From positions 868,001-932,000 of the forward strand of contig RSEE01000011.1 of the NCBI GenBank assembly GCA_003971905.1: DNA of 64,000 nucleotides, read 5' to 3'. Made by a program: the position numbers and the translations under genes. A model generated the notes under the pieces. That model had not been told where the DNA came from, did no database searches, and saw only the letters and a list, made by a program, of their open reading frames with translations. Source of the stretch: Moniliella sp. 'wahieum' (taxonomy: Eukaryota). Shown here piece after piece: positions 24,644-36,875 of this stretch (position 1 is the first letter of the stretch; each line of letters starts with the position of its first letter).

Positions 24644-25008
24644 TTGGCAAGCAGGGCGTTGGCGCGTTGGGCGTTGCGGGTGGAGCGAGCGACGGCGACG
24701 AGCGGGACGAGCGGGACGAGTGGGACGAAGGAGGACGGGGCGGTGGTGGTATCGGTGCTGTACTTTGCTGCGGCACGCACTGCGTTGGGCAAGGGGGAAG
24801 AAGAGGTGCGTGTGCCGCCGCCGCACTCGGTCGCGACGCTGGCAAGGGAAGTGGAGCATCGCCACCGCTCCGACGCTGCGTTCGTCCAGGTCCTCGCGTC
24901 GTCGCGCTGGGCGGTGGATGAGGAGCTGGTGGAGCCCGAGGGAATGGGGTCGACGATGCTGCACACGGGGCAGACGGCGGCGCTGTTGCCGCCGGTGAGT
25001 GGGGGTAG
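24644..25008 (+). CDS. MOCS2A: Molybdopterin synthase sulfur-carrier subunit (MoaD/MOCS2A, ThiS fold) domain
   Basis: VSVLYFAAAR...WAVDEELV...AALLPPVSGG. Restoring one G in the G5 run at 25001-25005 places TAG directly after the C-terminal GG. There is no in-frame ATG upstream of the domain. Confidence 0.85.
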
Positions 25009-25255
25009 GCGGCGGGGCGAGATGCACCGGCTGCACTGAAGGTGATTTAATCCAGAAACTAGAATCGAGGGGAGCGTCTGCAACAGATACGTAAGGCAGG
25101 GCGCGTGCACGTGAGGATGGGCTTACCTCAGCGGGGGGAGCGGAAGAGTGGCGGCGAGAAGAGGATGCCAATGGCCGATGACGAATGTAAAGTCCGCTAG
25201 CCAGCGGGAAGCGTGGTGGGTGCAGCTGCTACAAGCGAACGCCATCTCTACTGCG

Positions 25256-28200
25256 ATGCTCCCCACGCGAGCGTCTGGAGTGCGCTCGGCTGTGGGCGCA
25301 GTGGGTGCTGCGGCGGTGCGGCTGCCGGTGCCGCTGTCCGCTCGCTGCCCCGCTCGCTGCCCGCCGCCCTCCCCTCGCCACGCCCGCCGCGTCCGTTGCC
25401 GTCGCCCGCCGCCTGCTCGCCACCTCCGCCCCCCCCCCCTTCGCGCAGGAAGCGCCCGACCCGCTCGCGCGACGGCCAGCACTCCGACAAGCACGCGCGC
25501 CGACGACCAGGAGGACGACCAGGACGGTGTCCAGCCGACCGCCGCCGGCCCGGCCGTCGCTCGGCCCGCACTCATGCTACTGCCGCTGCCGATGCCAATG
25601 CCAATGCCAAGCCAACGACCACGACCACCCCATCGAAATTGACTTGGACATTGATGACGCCGACTTTGACCTGGACGAGGGCCAGCAATCATGACCATTG
25701 GCGGTCCCAACGGCCAGACCCGCATCGTCGTTGTGCGCCACAACCCCCCTCGCCTTCCAGCCCATCTCACCGCTCCGACGAGCCTGCCGCCCTCGGAGCC
25801 GAGCGACAAGCCCGCCGCACGCGCAAGAAGAAACCGGCATCTACCCCCGAGGCGCCCAACGCTCCCTCCCCCACATCCCGTCGCCGCCCGTCCAGCAAGG
25901 CCGTCGAGACGGCTTCAGATTCGTCAGCGGCGGCCGCGAACGGGGCGGCGGCCGGACCGGATTCCGCCTCGGGCACCAACGGCAACTCGGACGGGGACGC
26001 GCGCCGCCGCCTCCTCCCTCTGGTCCTCCTCCGCCCCCGAAACGTACCCCCAAGTACTCGCGCTTCCGATTGCCGGTCGTCCGCTCTTCCCGGACCACCG
26101 CAAGGTGGTGGTGGTGACGGACCCCAAGGCGATGGCGGCGGATTGACAAGGTGATCCAGGCTGGTGAGCCGTGGGTAGGCGCGTTCCTCCTCAAGGACGG
26201 GCACGAAGATGCCGATATTCTCACTTCGGCCGAACAGGTGCACCAAGTGGGTGTTTTTGTCGGATCGTTTCTACCTGGCGTTCCCGCCCGGTTGGCCCCG
26301 AGGGAGCGACCGATGGTCCTGCGAGCTCCGAGGGCGACCGTCTCTCCGTCTTGCTTGTGCCTGTGCGTAGGATCTCGATTGAGGATGTGTTTCAGCCCAA
26401 CATGGTGACGGTGGCCCCCAAGGCTCCCACGCCGACGGCCCCTGTTGAGCCTGCGTCGGCTGATTCGGCCCCCACGGCTGCCAAGGCTGAGGGATCCGGG
26501 TCTAGCGTGGCCGAAGAGCCAGAGGTCGAGGGCAAGAAGATCACGCCTGCCGAGCTAACGGAACGCGAGGCTGCTCAAGCGCCCGAGCCTGCCGAGGTGA
26601 CTTCGTCCGTTGAGCGCGAGACGGAAACGGCGGTGGAAGGGGTGCATCCTCGCCAGGCCGAGTCCGCTCAAGCGGAAGTGCTGCATGATTTGGAAGTGTC
26701 AATGGTGCAGGTGCACAACTACCCTATTGAGCCGTACGAGTTGACGACGCCGCTCAAGACCAAGATGAACGAGATCATCTCGGCGCTCAATTCGTTCTGG
26801 ACCTTGACTGCCCGTTCGCCCACCGAGTCCAACTTGGCCATCTACAAGAGCCGTGTGTCGCCCGAGATGTTGGCCAACCCAGAACAATTGTCCGACTTTG
26901 TTGCTGCGATCAGCGGGATCGAGTCGGGCCATGAGCTGCAGCATTTGCTTGAAGCGCGAACGATTGAAGAACGGTTGGACTTGGCGCTGTCGACAGCGCA
27001 GAAAGACTTGCTGAACCTTGAGATGCAGATCCGGTTTATGCGCGAGACGGACCAAAAGACCCAACAGCGTAACAAGGAGTTTGTCCTGCAAGAGCAGATG
27101 AAACAGATCAAGAAGGAGCTGGGTTCCGAAGCCGAACGTGAAACGGTGGCTGCCAATTCCAAGCCAAGGCGGATACACTGGCCATGCCCGACGAGGTACG
27201 CAAGGTTTGACGAAGAACTGAGCAAGTTCCGTTCCCCCGAGTCCCAAAGCTACGACCAAAACGTCACGCGCAACTACCTCGAGTGGCTCACCTCTCTTCC
27301 CTGGGGGATCACAACCAAAGAGCGCTTGTCGACCAAGAATGCCAAGGCGGTCTTGGACAAGGATCACTTTGGTTTGAAAGATGTCAAGGACCGCATCCTC
27401 GAGTTCTTGGCCGTAGGCCAACTCAAGGGCTCCATCCAAGGCAAAATCATCTGTCTCCATGGTCCGCCAGGCGTGGGCAAAACGTCGATTGGCAAATCGA
27501 TTGCGCGTGACCGATCGCAAGTTCTTCCGCTTCTCCTTGGGTGGTCTGGGGGACTATGCTGAGATCAAGGGCCACCGCCGCACCTACGTGGCGGCCATGC
27601 CGGGCAAGGCGGTGCAGGCGCTCAAGGCAACTCAGTCGGAGAACCCTGTGATTCTGCTGGACGAGGTGGACAAGGTTGGCGAAGGTCGCGCGCACGGCGG
27701 AGACCCAGCGGCCGCGCTGCTCGAGATGCTGGACCCGAACAGAACCATAACTTTTTGGATTTGTACCTGGATGTACCGATTGATTTGTCGCGTGTCTTGT
27801 TTGTCTGCACGGCCAACGACCCTTCGCGCATCCCGCGGCCGCTGTGGGACCGGATGGAAGCGATTGAAGTCACCTCCTACACCCCGGCCGAGCAGTTCCA
27901 GATCGCCAAGGGTTACCTGATCCCCAATGCGATGGAAGAGAATGGGTTGACGGGAGGCGACATCTCCATGCCCGATTCGGTCATTACGCATCTGCTCCAA
28001 GGCTACATTCGCGAGTCGGGCGTTCGTGGGCTGCAAAAACGCTCAACAAGGTGTACCGCAAGATCGCGTTCCGTTTGGTGACCCAGTACGGCGATGTGGT
28101 AGACGAAATCCAGCCGGAACGCCCGAGCAGGAAGCAGCGGAACACAAATTGGTCCAAGACGCCGCCGAGGACGCCGCCAAGGCCACTGGGTCTTCCCAAC

Positions 28201-29105
28201 AGGCGGAAATCCAAGCGGGCGAGGCGGTGCTCAAGGCCAAGCAAGACAAGGACCAAACCCTTGATTGAACGGCTCCACTTGCCCAAGGATTTCAAGTTGG
28301 TGATCAGCGAGAGGACGTGCACGACTTTTTGGGCCCGCCGTACCCCAACACCGACCGGCTCTTCCCGGCGGTCATGCCGTCCGGGGTGTCGAACGGACTG
28401 GCATTTACCAACACGGGAGCTGGTACGCTCACGCCCATTGAGGCCACCTGTTGCCCGGTACGGGCCAGGTACGGTTAACGGGCCACTTGGGGCAGGTGAT
28501 CCAAGAGTCGGCACAGCTCGCCCTGAGCTGGGTCAAGTCGAATGCGAGCTTGCTGGGCGTGGAAAGGGGTGGATGGAAAAGAAGGACTTGCACTTGCACA
28601 TGCCCGATGGCCAAACGCCCAAGGACGGTCCGTCGGCCGGGTGGCGCTTATCACGTGCTTGGTATCGCTGGTGCTGAACAAGCCTGTGCCACACACGTTG
28701 GCCATGACGGGCGAAGCGTCGTTGCGCGGGATGGTGTTGCCCGTGGGCGGGCTGAAGGAGAAACTGATTGCAGCCCATCGCAACGGGATGAAACAACTGA
28801 TTTTGCCCGCGGCAGTGCAGCCGCAAGTGGAAACGGACGTGGCGAAACCAATCCGAGACGCTATGCAGATCCATTATGTCCACGATGTGTTTGCCGCGCT
28901 TCAGGTGGCCTTTGGCCCCGGCCCTTGGTCCGCCGAGGCTGACAAGTTGGCAGAGCAACGTGCTTCCGATGCTTCCTCGTCGCCATCGCCGTCGCCATCG
29001 CCATCGACCTCACCGTCACCCTCACCGCCCCTCCCTCCTTCTGACGCACCATCGTCCCCGTCGTCCCCTTTGCCCTCGGCAACCGACCGCCCACCGGCTA
29101 ACTAA
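25256..29105 (+). CDS. PIM1: Mitochondrial Lon protease
   Basis: Arg/Ala-rich presequence-like N-terminus, [18 protein letters not shown], Walker [23 protein letters not shown], Walker B ILLDEVDK, catalytic PKDGPSAG and MTGE...PVGGLKEK. Multiple frameshifts. Confidence 0.95.
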
Positions 29106-29834
29106 ACAGACGAAGCCACGCGACTGTGCAATTGTACCCCATCCTCTCCCATCCGCATGCCCATTCAATTAGTAGCGTACGCCCCACACTCTTGGCATGA
29201 CCAATGCACACTGTCCCTTGCGACGCGTCCTGCGGGTCCGTCAGTGGGTCCGGTGAAATAGCATACGTGGGGAGTTGTTGCTCACGAACCTGAGCAGGCT
29301 AACGTTAGGGAAGAACTCAGCTAGATCCGATACTGGTCGTGCTGTTCATGCTGTTCATGCTGTTGTTCATGCCTGCATGCCGTGGGGAGGGTCGGCGAAC
29401 GGGTAAGACGGGTAAGCTGGTATAGGTAGTATAGGTGGGTAGTGGGACTGGAGGATCGACAGCATCAGAGAATGATTATAGTTACGGTGGTCGACATCTC
29501 GAGATCGAAATCGAACGCCTGCGTCGTGTATCAGGCCTCAGGGCATCAGGCCTCAGACCGCAAGAGGAATGTGCAGACAAATAGATGTGCTATTAGGTGC
29601 ATCACGGACCAGCGCCAACGAGACAAGAGACAAGATAGGTAGCGAGGGGGCCAAGAGCAAGAGAAAGAGAAAGAGAGATGAGTGTCCGTTGTGGAACCGA
29701 GAGAAATAGTAGGCAGAGGATGCATGGGGTAAGAGCCGAGGCCATTGAGCCTGGCGTACAGAGCGCGTCGGCTTGATTAGATTGGCACGCAGCCCCTTGG
29801 CATGGCTGGAGATGAACGGTTCGGTCCTCGCAAG

Positions 29835-31987
29835 TCAGATCGACGTTTCAAGGAAGGCATGGCAGGGTAGGTAACCAGGTAGGCAGGGGGCATCAAGTGT
29901 CCGTCGGAGCACCGCTTGGGGGGGGAGGGTCTCTGTCGGCACGACTACTACGCTCAGAGGATTTACTTGTGTCCCGACCGCCACGAGCCGGCCGTACGAT
30001 CGGTGGCATCCTCGGGCGTGGCCGTGACCAAGGACCAAAAGGCCGCCTTGTCCGTTGCCCACGAATCCCGCTTGGTGTGGGGGGTGAATTGTACGCGCAC
30101 CCCAGGGACCGAAGCAAGGTCCATTGCCTCCACCGCTTTATGCGCCAACCGGTTCAGCGCTCCAACCGACGCTGCGTCGTACCTTCGAACCCAGAGCGCG
30201 AGGCGGTGCAGACCCGGACGAACAGTTACGACGGCGCCGGTTACCAAGTCCATATCATCCTCATCTTCCGTAACAGTTTCCGGCGCCAACTGTTCCCCAA
30301 TCAAAGCGAGCACGAGCCAAGTCCAGGACCGATCCAGCAGCGCCGGATTGGATACTGGCAAGGTAACGGTCCATCGGCCACCTTGCGCGTTGGCCCGGTC
30401 CTCCCATGCCGGCGTGACACCGCGCTTAAACAAGTGGTAGGAGAAGGAGCTTCCGCTAGAACTGGAACTGAAGCTGGAGCTGGAGTTGGTCTGGCCCGAG
30501 GTATCCGCGTTGCCCAACGTAGACGGTCGACGGAGCGACTTGAACGTAGCCATAAAACTTTCGACCGTGTCGAACGTGCCTAGGTTCTTGAGGGACGCAG
30601 CCCAGCGTCCTTGCCCTTTGGCACTGCGTGCTTCCTGCCCCTCGGAGGCATCGGCGGTCGAGGCCGAGGCCGAACGCGGTGCGCTGGTCACGTCCGGGTA
30701 GGGAAGACGAGGACTTGTTACGCCGACGGCTGTGGCAGAGGGGGCAGGCGCCGCTTGCGAAGGATTCCACCCCGTTGAATCAAAGTATAACGTCCTGCAA
30801 AGTCGGCAACAGAGTAGAGAGAAAAAACAAACGGCAAGCGGCGTGGTTCACATCATCGCGTACACGTGGCCCAAACGAAGGGAGGGGGGGGGGGGGGAGA
30901 GGAGGGTTGTGAGGCAGCACAGAAAAAACGAGAGTCCAGTCCATTCACCCAAAATGTAACAAAAAGAAGAAAAAGCAAACAAAAACAGGGGACATCAGTA
31001 TTTAGACGAAAAAAGAAACCCACAAAAACGTGGACATCAGCATTCACCGCACTGACGGCATGGAGAGAGTATGTGCAGTTGGATATGATTGCCGTCTCTC
31101 AACAGAAAGTGGGGAGATGGGGTTAAGCCTACTGTGAGGCAAACAGAACTCCTCGCCAGCCTTGGGACACTTGCCACTGGGACCAAAGCCTCATCTACCA
31201 AACCAAAAGGGAAACAAGAAAAAGGAAGAAAAGAACATACCAAGGTTCCGTAAGGGGATGCGAGACCGATCCGTCCGGGCCAACCTCACCCTCGTTCGTC
31301 TTGGTGGGCTTGACGGGCGAAGAAGGCCGGGGGGAAGCGGGGATGTAGAAGAGCAGGTGATTGTGCCTCCGGGGTACTTTGTGGTCCGCCAGGTCTAGGG
31401 CCAAGGAGTTGCCTACACGGCGAGAGGCAATGGACGGCTGGCTGCCGTCAAGCCCGTCGGCGGGGGCGGAGCTGTTGAGGGCGGGGGGGAAAGCACGTGT
31501 GGGCGAGAGGGGGGCGGATGGGGCAGTGGCGGACGATGGATGGGCTGCGTCGGGCGCGAGACGACCGGCGAGCTCGAGGCGTCGCTTTGGGCGGTCGGGC
31601 GAGGCGGGCGGGGGCGGGCCGGGGAGGGGTGGAAGCGGTGGGCGAGCTGGTCGAGGGTGGGGCCACGCTTGGTGGGCGACGGTGGGTGGGCCATGGAGGA
31701 GCGGGAGGGGCGATGGTGGTGGTGAAGCAGGTGCCGGACAAGGCGGGCCGAGGGAGCGTGGGCGGCGGAACAATGGAGGGGGTTTGGTCTGAGATGCTGG
31801 ATCGGCGGCGTGGTTCGGCGGCCGGTGTTGGTGTGTTGGTGCCGAGGCAGAGTGCTGGTGCGGGCGCCGCTTTGCTCCGAGCGTCGGCCGCTGGCGCGGC
31901 ATCCGTGCGGTCCCCGCGCGTCACGTGCCAGCCTTGGCCTGTCTTGGCCTGTCTTGGGCTGTCGCTAGGGCACCTTAGGTAAGCCAT
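29835..31987 (-). CDS. eIF4E-family cap-binding protein with long N-terminal extension (atypical paralog)
   Basis: HPLTEPW|TLYFDS spliced over a 446-bp intron (31240-30795), then GTFDTVESF, YHLFKRGVTPAWED..NAQGGRW, LVLALIGEQL, RLALWVR. Ends approximate. Confidence 0.88.
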
Positions 31988-32171
31988 GCGTCGATTTGAA
32001 ATCAGCAAAACGGCTGAGGTCAGCCGGTGTGAGTTGTGTTGGATGGTGGGTGATCGCTCATGCGCCGTCGGCTCGCTTGGTTGGCTGCGGCCGGTCCCGC
32101 CGCCCACAGCAAAAAGAACAATCTGGCGCTCATCAACATCGCCCTGCCTGGTCGCCAGCCGCCGCCACCGC

Positions 32172-34555
32172 ATGCCTGCTCCCCAACCCGCCCGCGGCGG
32201 GCACGCCGAGCCCCGCGGCCATCGTCCTCCACGCCCCTCCTCCTCTGCCGATCTCTCGCTCAGCATCAAGCCCCGCCTCAGCGAGGCCGCCGCCTACCTC
32301 TCTCCCTTTGCCACGGCCGCTACCCAGTCCGAGTCGGCGCTGCGCGAGGGCCAGCAGGCCGAGACGAATCGGCTCCTGGCCGACCTGGCTCCTCATATTA
32401 TGCATCCTCGCACTCTCCAGGCTGCTGCTAGCGCCAGCGCCTCCATCGCCACTGCCCGTTCCGCCGTCGACCCTACCATGGCCATGATCCTGGGCCGTCC
32501 AGTGCCGGTCTTCGTATCGTCAACCCTGGCCGTGCCTTACTCTCGCTTCCGCCAGATGGTCAAGAACGGGCCCATCACGTCTTCTGACCTCCGCTGGCCG
32601 AGACCAGCAACCAGATCCTCCTCTCTGCCACCTTGGGGGCGATCTGGACCAAGAACCGGCCGGCATCGCGGCCGACGTGTCTCTCTTGCGTGGCTTCCAG
32701 GCCACCGTGCCCTCGGCCCTGGATGGTCGCAGCCGCCGGCGGAAAGCGCGTGGGCGCGATGCCCCGCATTTGGGGTTGCTCGAGGCTGGCAACACGGCCC
32801 GGGGGCTTTGACCGACCAACCAGCGAGCGTTCGTTGGAGACCCTGATCGCCAAGGACGAGCGCAAAGTGCGCAGGGCCACACGCGCCAGCGCAACGTCCC
32901 TCTTGGCGTCGATGAGCTCCAAGCTCAACTGGACGAAATTGCGCTAGACAAGGAGAATCTCGGGGTGCGGAGGGTACGTGTAACTTGCTTTTGTTGTTTG
33001 TTGGTTGCTGGAACTCCGGGCGAACAACTAACCGCTTCTGTGCTACCTGACAGAGACTCGTCACCGACGACATGGACGCAGTTACCGCCAAAATTCATGA
33101 GCTGGAACAGATCAAGAAGAACTTACAGCGGGCCTGTTGCGCTTGCAAGAAGATGAACTCGAACTGAATGAGGAACAGAGGGCTGTGTCGGACGCGCTGG
33201 CACTGCAACGCTACCATACCTCAATGCCCGGTGGTGGGTTGTTGGGATCCTCAGAAGGAGTACGGCCTGCCTCGATGCGGCCCAATAAACGCAGTCATGC
33301 ACCCCTGTTCCTCCCCTCGGAGCATGACGATCTGCCTCGTGGAGTTGCATTTATGACCCTCTCGGGCCACACGGCGCCTGTTACGTCGCTGGACTTTTCC
33401 GAGCCGTATGGCACGTTGGTGTCGGCGGCGCTGACGATACCGTGCGGGTATGGGACTTGACTCGGGGAGACGAAGTGGGCCGGCTGCGTGGACACAGCGG
33501 TGCGTATCTCCAGCTTGATGCGTGGTGAATGTAGGAGACTAACTTGTTTGGCTAATGGTAGGGTCGGTCAAGTGCCTTCAGGTGGAGGATGAGTTGTGCA
33601 TTACGGGTGGTAACGAAGCCACTCTGCGTTTATGGGATCTGAGGCGAGTGGAGGACCACGAAATCTGGTTGCAGCTCCAGCGAAATGGGAGTATGGAGCC
33701 AGGGCGAGAGCGAGATGCACTGGACGAACAGCCGGATACCTCCTCCAACGCCCCAACCCCAGTTGAAGATGGTGAGGAGCGAACGGACCCTTGTCTCAAG
33801 GCGCTGGAGGGCCATAGCAAGGCGGTGACCGCGCTTTATCTGGACGATACCTGTCTCGTGTCGGGTGCGTCCGACAAGACGCTGCGGCAGTGGGACCTGA
33901 ACACGGGACAGTGTGTTCTGACCATGGACATTCTATGGGCGATCAACAATCCCGGCTCAATGCAAGCTTGGGCGGGAACAAACGTATGGCTACCGATCCC
34001 TTAACAAGCGCAGGCCCAACATTACCTCCCACCCTCAACTTGCAAGCGCTTACCGGCAACTTTTCCTACCCTTCTCCTCCTCTGGCAGACGGAAGCTGGG
34101 ACATGTATCAAGACTTTGTGGGTGCAGTCCAGTTCTGGGGGTACGCTCTGGCGTCGGGCTCGGCAGATGGGGCGGTACGGATGTGGGACATGCGCACGGG
34201 CCAGGCGCACCGCACCCTGCTCGGTCATTCTGCTCCCGTCACAACGCTGCAGTTTGACGAGACGCATGTCGTCTCGGGGAGTCTGGACAGCACCATCAAG
34301 ATCTGGGACTTGCGTACGGGTTCGGTGTGCGAGACGATCCGGTTCGATTACCCGGTCTCGTCGCTCCAATTTGACACGCGCAAGATTGTCGCGGCAACGG
34401 GGGAGAATGGGGTGAAGGTGTTCAACCGCGTGTCGATGGAGACGAGCTCCTTGACGCTCAATGGCCATACAGCGCCAGTGGAGAAAGTGCGCTACATGGA
34501 CTCGTATGCTGCGTCGGGCGGGCGTGACCACCAGGTGAAGATCTGGTCGCTTTGA
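32172..34555 (+). CDS. MDV1: Mitochondrial fission adaptor Mdv1/Caf4 (coiled coil + WD40)
   Basis: Coiled coil LQEDELEL, then [66 protein letters not shown]. Confidence 0.9.
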
Positions 34556-35002
34556 TCCCCTCCTTTTCTCGTCTGGCCCTCTGTGTGCAGAGGGACCAGT
34601 TGTTGTGCCTGTACACGGATCGAAACGGACTGCCTGCCCAGCCCAGCGCCGAAGCGGAGACCCAGCGGTCGGTCGCCCCTTCTGGATCGCAGAGGCATTC
34701 GCACGGCTGCACCTTCTGCCTCGTTAGTATTCTTGCCCTTTGTACACCACCTGCTCTTGATCCCAGCAGGAACACAATCCATATGCATCGACCATCCACC
34801 ATCCCACCCTGCCAGCCATCTAGCCCCTCGTCCGTCCGCCTGCCCAGTTCCAGCCGAGGAAACGAACAAGGAGCCGAACGACATGGGGCGCCTGAGCGGT
34901 CACGTGATGCGCCCAGGCCGGCCCTAACCTCCCCGGCCACTTTAACACCCTGGGTACTCAACACGCCTGGCTTGGGCTCGCTGCCCTCCATCTCTGCTCG
35001 GC

Positions 35003-36871
35003 ATGGCCCCCGACCCACTCCCACCTGCCTTGGACGGCAACGGGCGCTACATTGTGTTTCTGATGCCTTCCCCGCGCCGAGTCCGCGCTGATCTGGCCGC
35101 AGCCGCAACTACCACCGACTGGGCCTGGACCGACGCTCTTCTGCCTCTGCACCCACCCGTACCACAGGCCCTCCCGACCCAAGAGGACGCGAGGAAGCGG
35201 CGCCGGATCCTCGCATCACCCGAGCCCCGCTGCCGTCCCTCCCCCCCTTCGCCACACATACTGGACCCCACACCTCGGCTATCGCAGAGCACCCTCCCGC
35301 CCCCCCGCGTCCCCATCGCTCCTACTTCTTCGTCTGGACCATTAGGCCCAAGCTTGGAACAGAGGCACCAGGCTCCGCCCCGGCCCTCCCTGGTGATCTA
35401 GGGAACCACCTCAATAGAGATTCGGATGGGCAGAGTACAGCCGATCCTCTCGAGGCGTCCCTCGATGCCCATCGCACATCTCGCTTCGCCCTTGCCCACC
35501 GATCCATGACCCTCTCTTGGCCCCCGACACTCCTTCCACCCCCGAACTTTCCATCTTGGCCGCCGAATCTCCTCCATTACGGACACGGCACGAAGATGTA
35601 TATGGTTCAATTGGGGGCCCGGGTGTGAGCGACGTAGCTGGATCTCTAACTGTGCCGCCACCGAAGAAGGCTACCCACCCACGATCGGGTCGTCCTGGGC
35701 CCGACCTTACGGCGTTTGCTTCTGCGCCCGATGCGACCGGAACCGAATCAGGTGTTTCCGCGCTGCACCTTCCCTCCCAACCACTCCGGTTCCGCATTGT
35801 ACCCACCCTGCTCACTGTGTCCGAGGTGGTTCGCAAGGCGGTGCACTTGTTCCCCGCTCGGTACCGCAATGCGCCCGGGTCCCCAGCGCATTTGGGGGTC
35901 TGGGCGCCGATGCGCCCGGGCGTTGCCCCCGACATTTGATCTGCTTGGTCTTGTGCACCACGTTGGACCGCTGCAAGCCAACCCCTTTCCGGCGTGGAAA
36001 ACGAGTGGGATTGGCGCCCAAAGCACGTGCGAAGAGATGGCGCAGTTGGTCCTCGTCGACCCGACCGGCCCTTTGCTCACTGTGGAGTTGCATGGAACCC
36101 TGGCGCGTGACTGGGCCGGCCAAGAGGTAGATTCAAGCGATCGCGCGTTTCCTACCCTAGCCCTGGCCCATCCGCCCTTCCTGCCCGTCCCACCCGCTCT
36201 GTCTCTCCCAGCCAGGGCGGACGCGCCTGCGTCCCGCTGCTACTCGAGCACCGAGACGAGCGAAGAGGGCACTCGGGCCACCGTTCGGGCCATGCCAGAC
36301 CGAGTCGTAGGGACGGTGGCAGTGCGCCCACAGCAGGCGAGTTTACCATGGGTTGTTGGATACGGCACCAGCTGGTGCAGATGCTAAGGTGGGGCGAGGT
36401 GTCCAGCTACGCGCCCCATTGTCCCCGCACAGTATGCCCCCGCGTGCCCAACGTCTCCAGCCCGGGGATGTGGTGCACCTAGGCCACTTGACCCTCTGGC
36501 CGCTGCACCCCGGAAACTGATGGCAGGTGGGTATGGGATGGGATCGCGGCCCGTGCGGTTCCTTGGGCTGCGCCGGGCCAGGGAAAGGTAGGAGCGGAGC
36601 GAGTGTGGAACTGTGTCATCGGTCTAAGGTGGGTCGGGACCGAGTCGCCTTCGACCCGGCGTTGGCTCAGCTCGATGCGCGTTATGCCCGGGGTTTTGTC
36701 TTTGGCCCAGGCAGCTACACAACAGGGGCTCCTATAGACTCCCAAGCTCCTGAACCTGACTGCATGACCGTGAGACGGGAAGGGGGTGGTCAAACGGGAA
36801 TTCATGCGGGGGGCAGAACTACCAAGAAAATCAAGTCCGTCGTAGTCCTGATGCAGGCCCGCCTCGACTGA
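35003..36871 (+). CDS. Hypothetical protein with probable C-terminal OB-fold (SHLD2-OB-like)
   Basis: N-terminal YIVFLMPSP, low-complexity linker, then beta-rich FDLLGLVHHVGP...AQLVLVDPTGPLLTVELHG..ARDW...VELCHRS...FDP. The family call is from memory of the motif pattern. Frameshifted. Confidence 0.45.
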
Positions 36872-36875
36872 TCAA

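Noticed and set aside
25009..25039. C-terminal extension (RRRGEMHRLH) after the MoaD diglycine, suggesting a processed pro-form
   Set aside because: One missing G in the G5 homopolymer restores GG-stop, so this is most likely a sequencing error.
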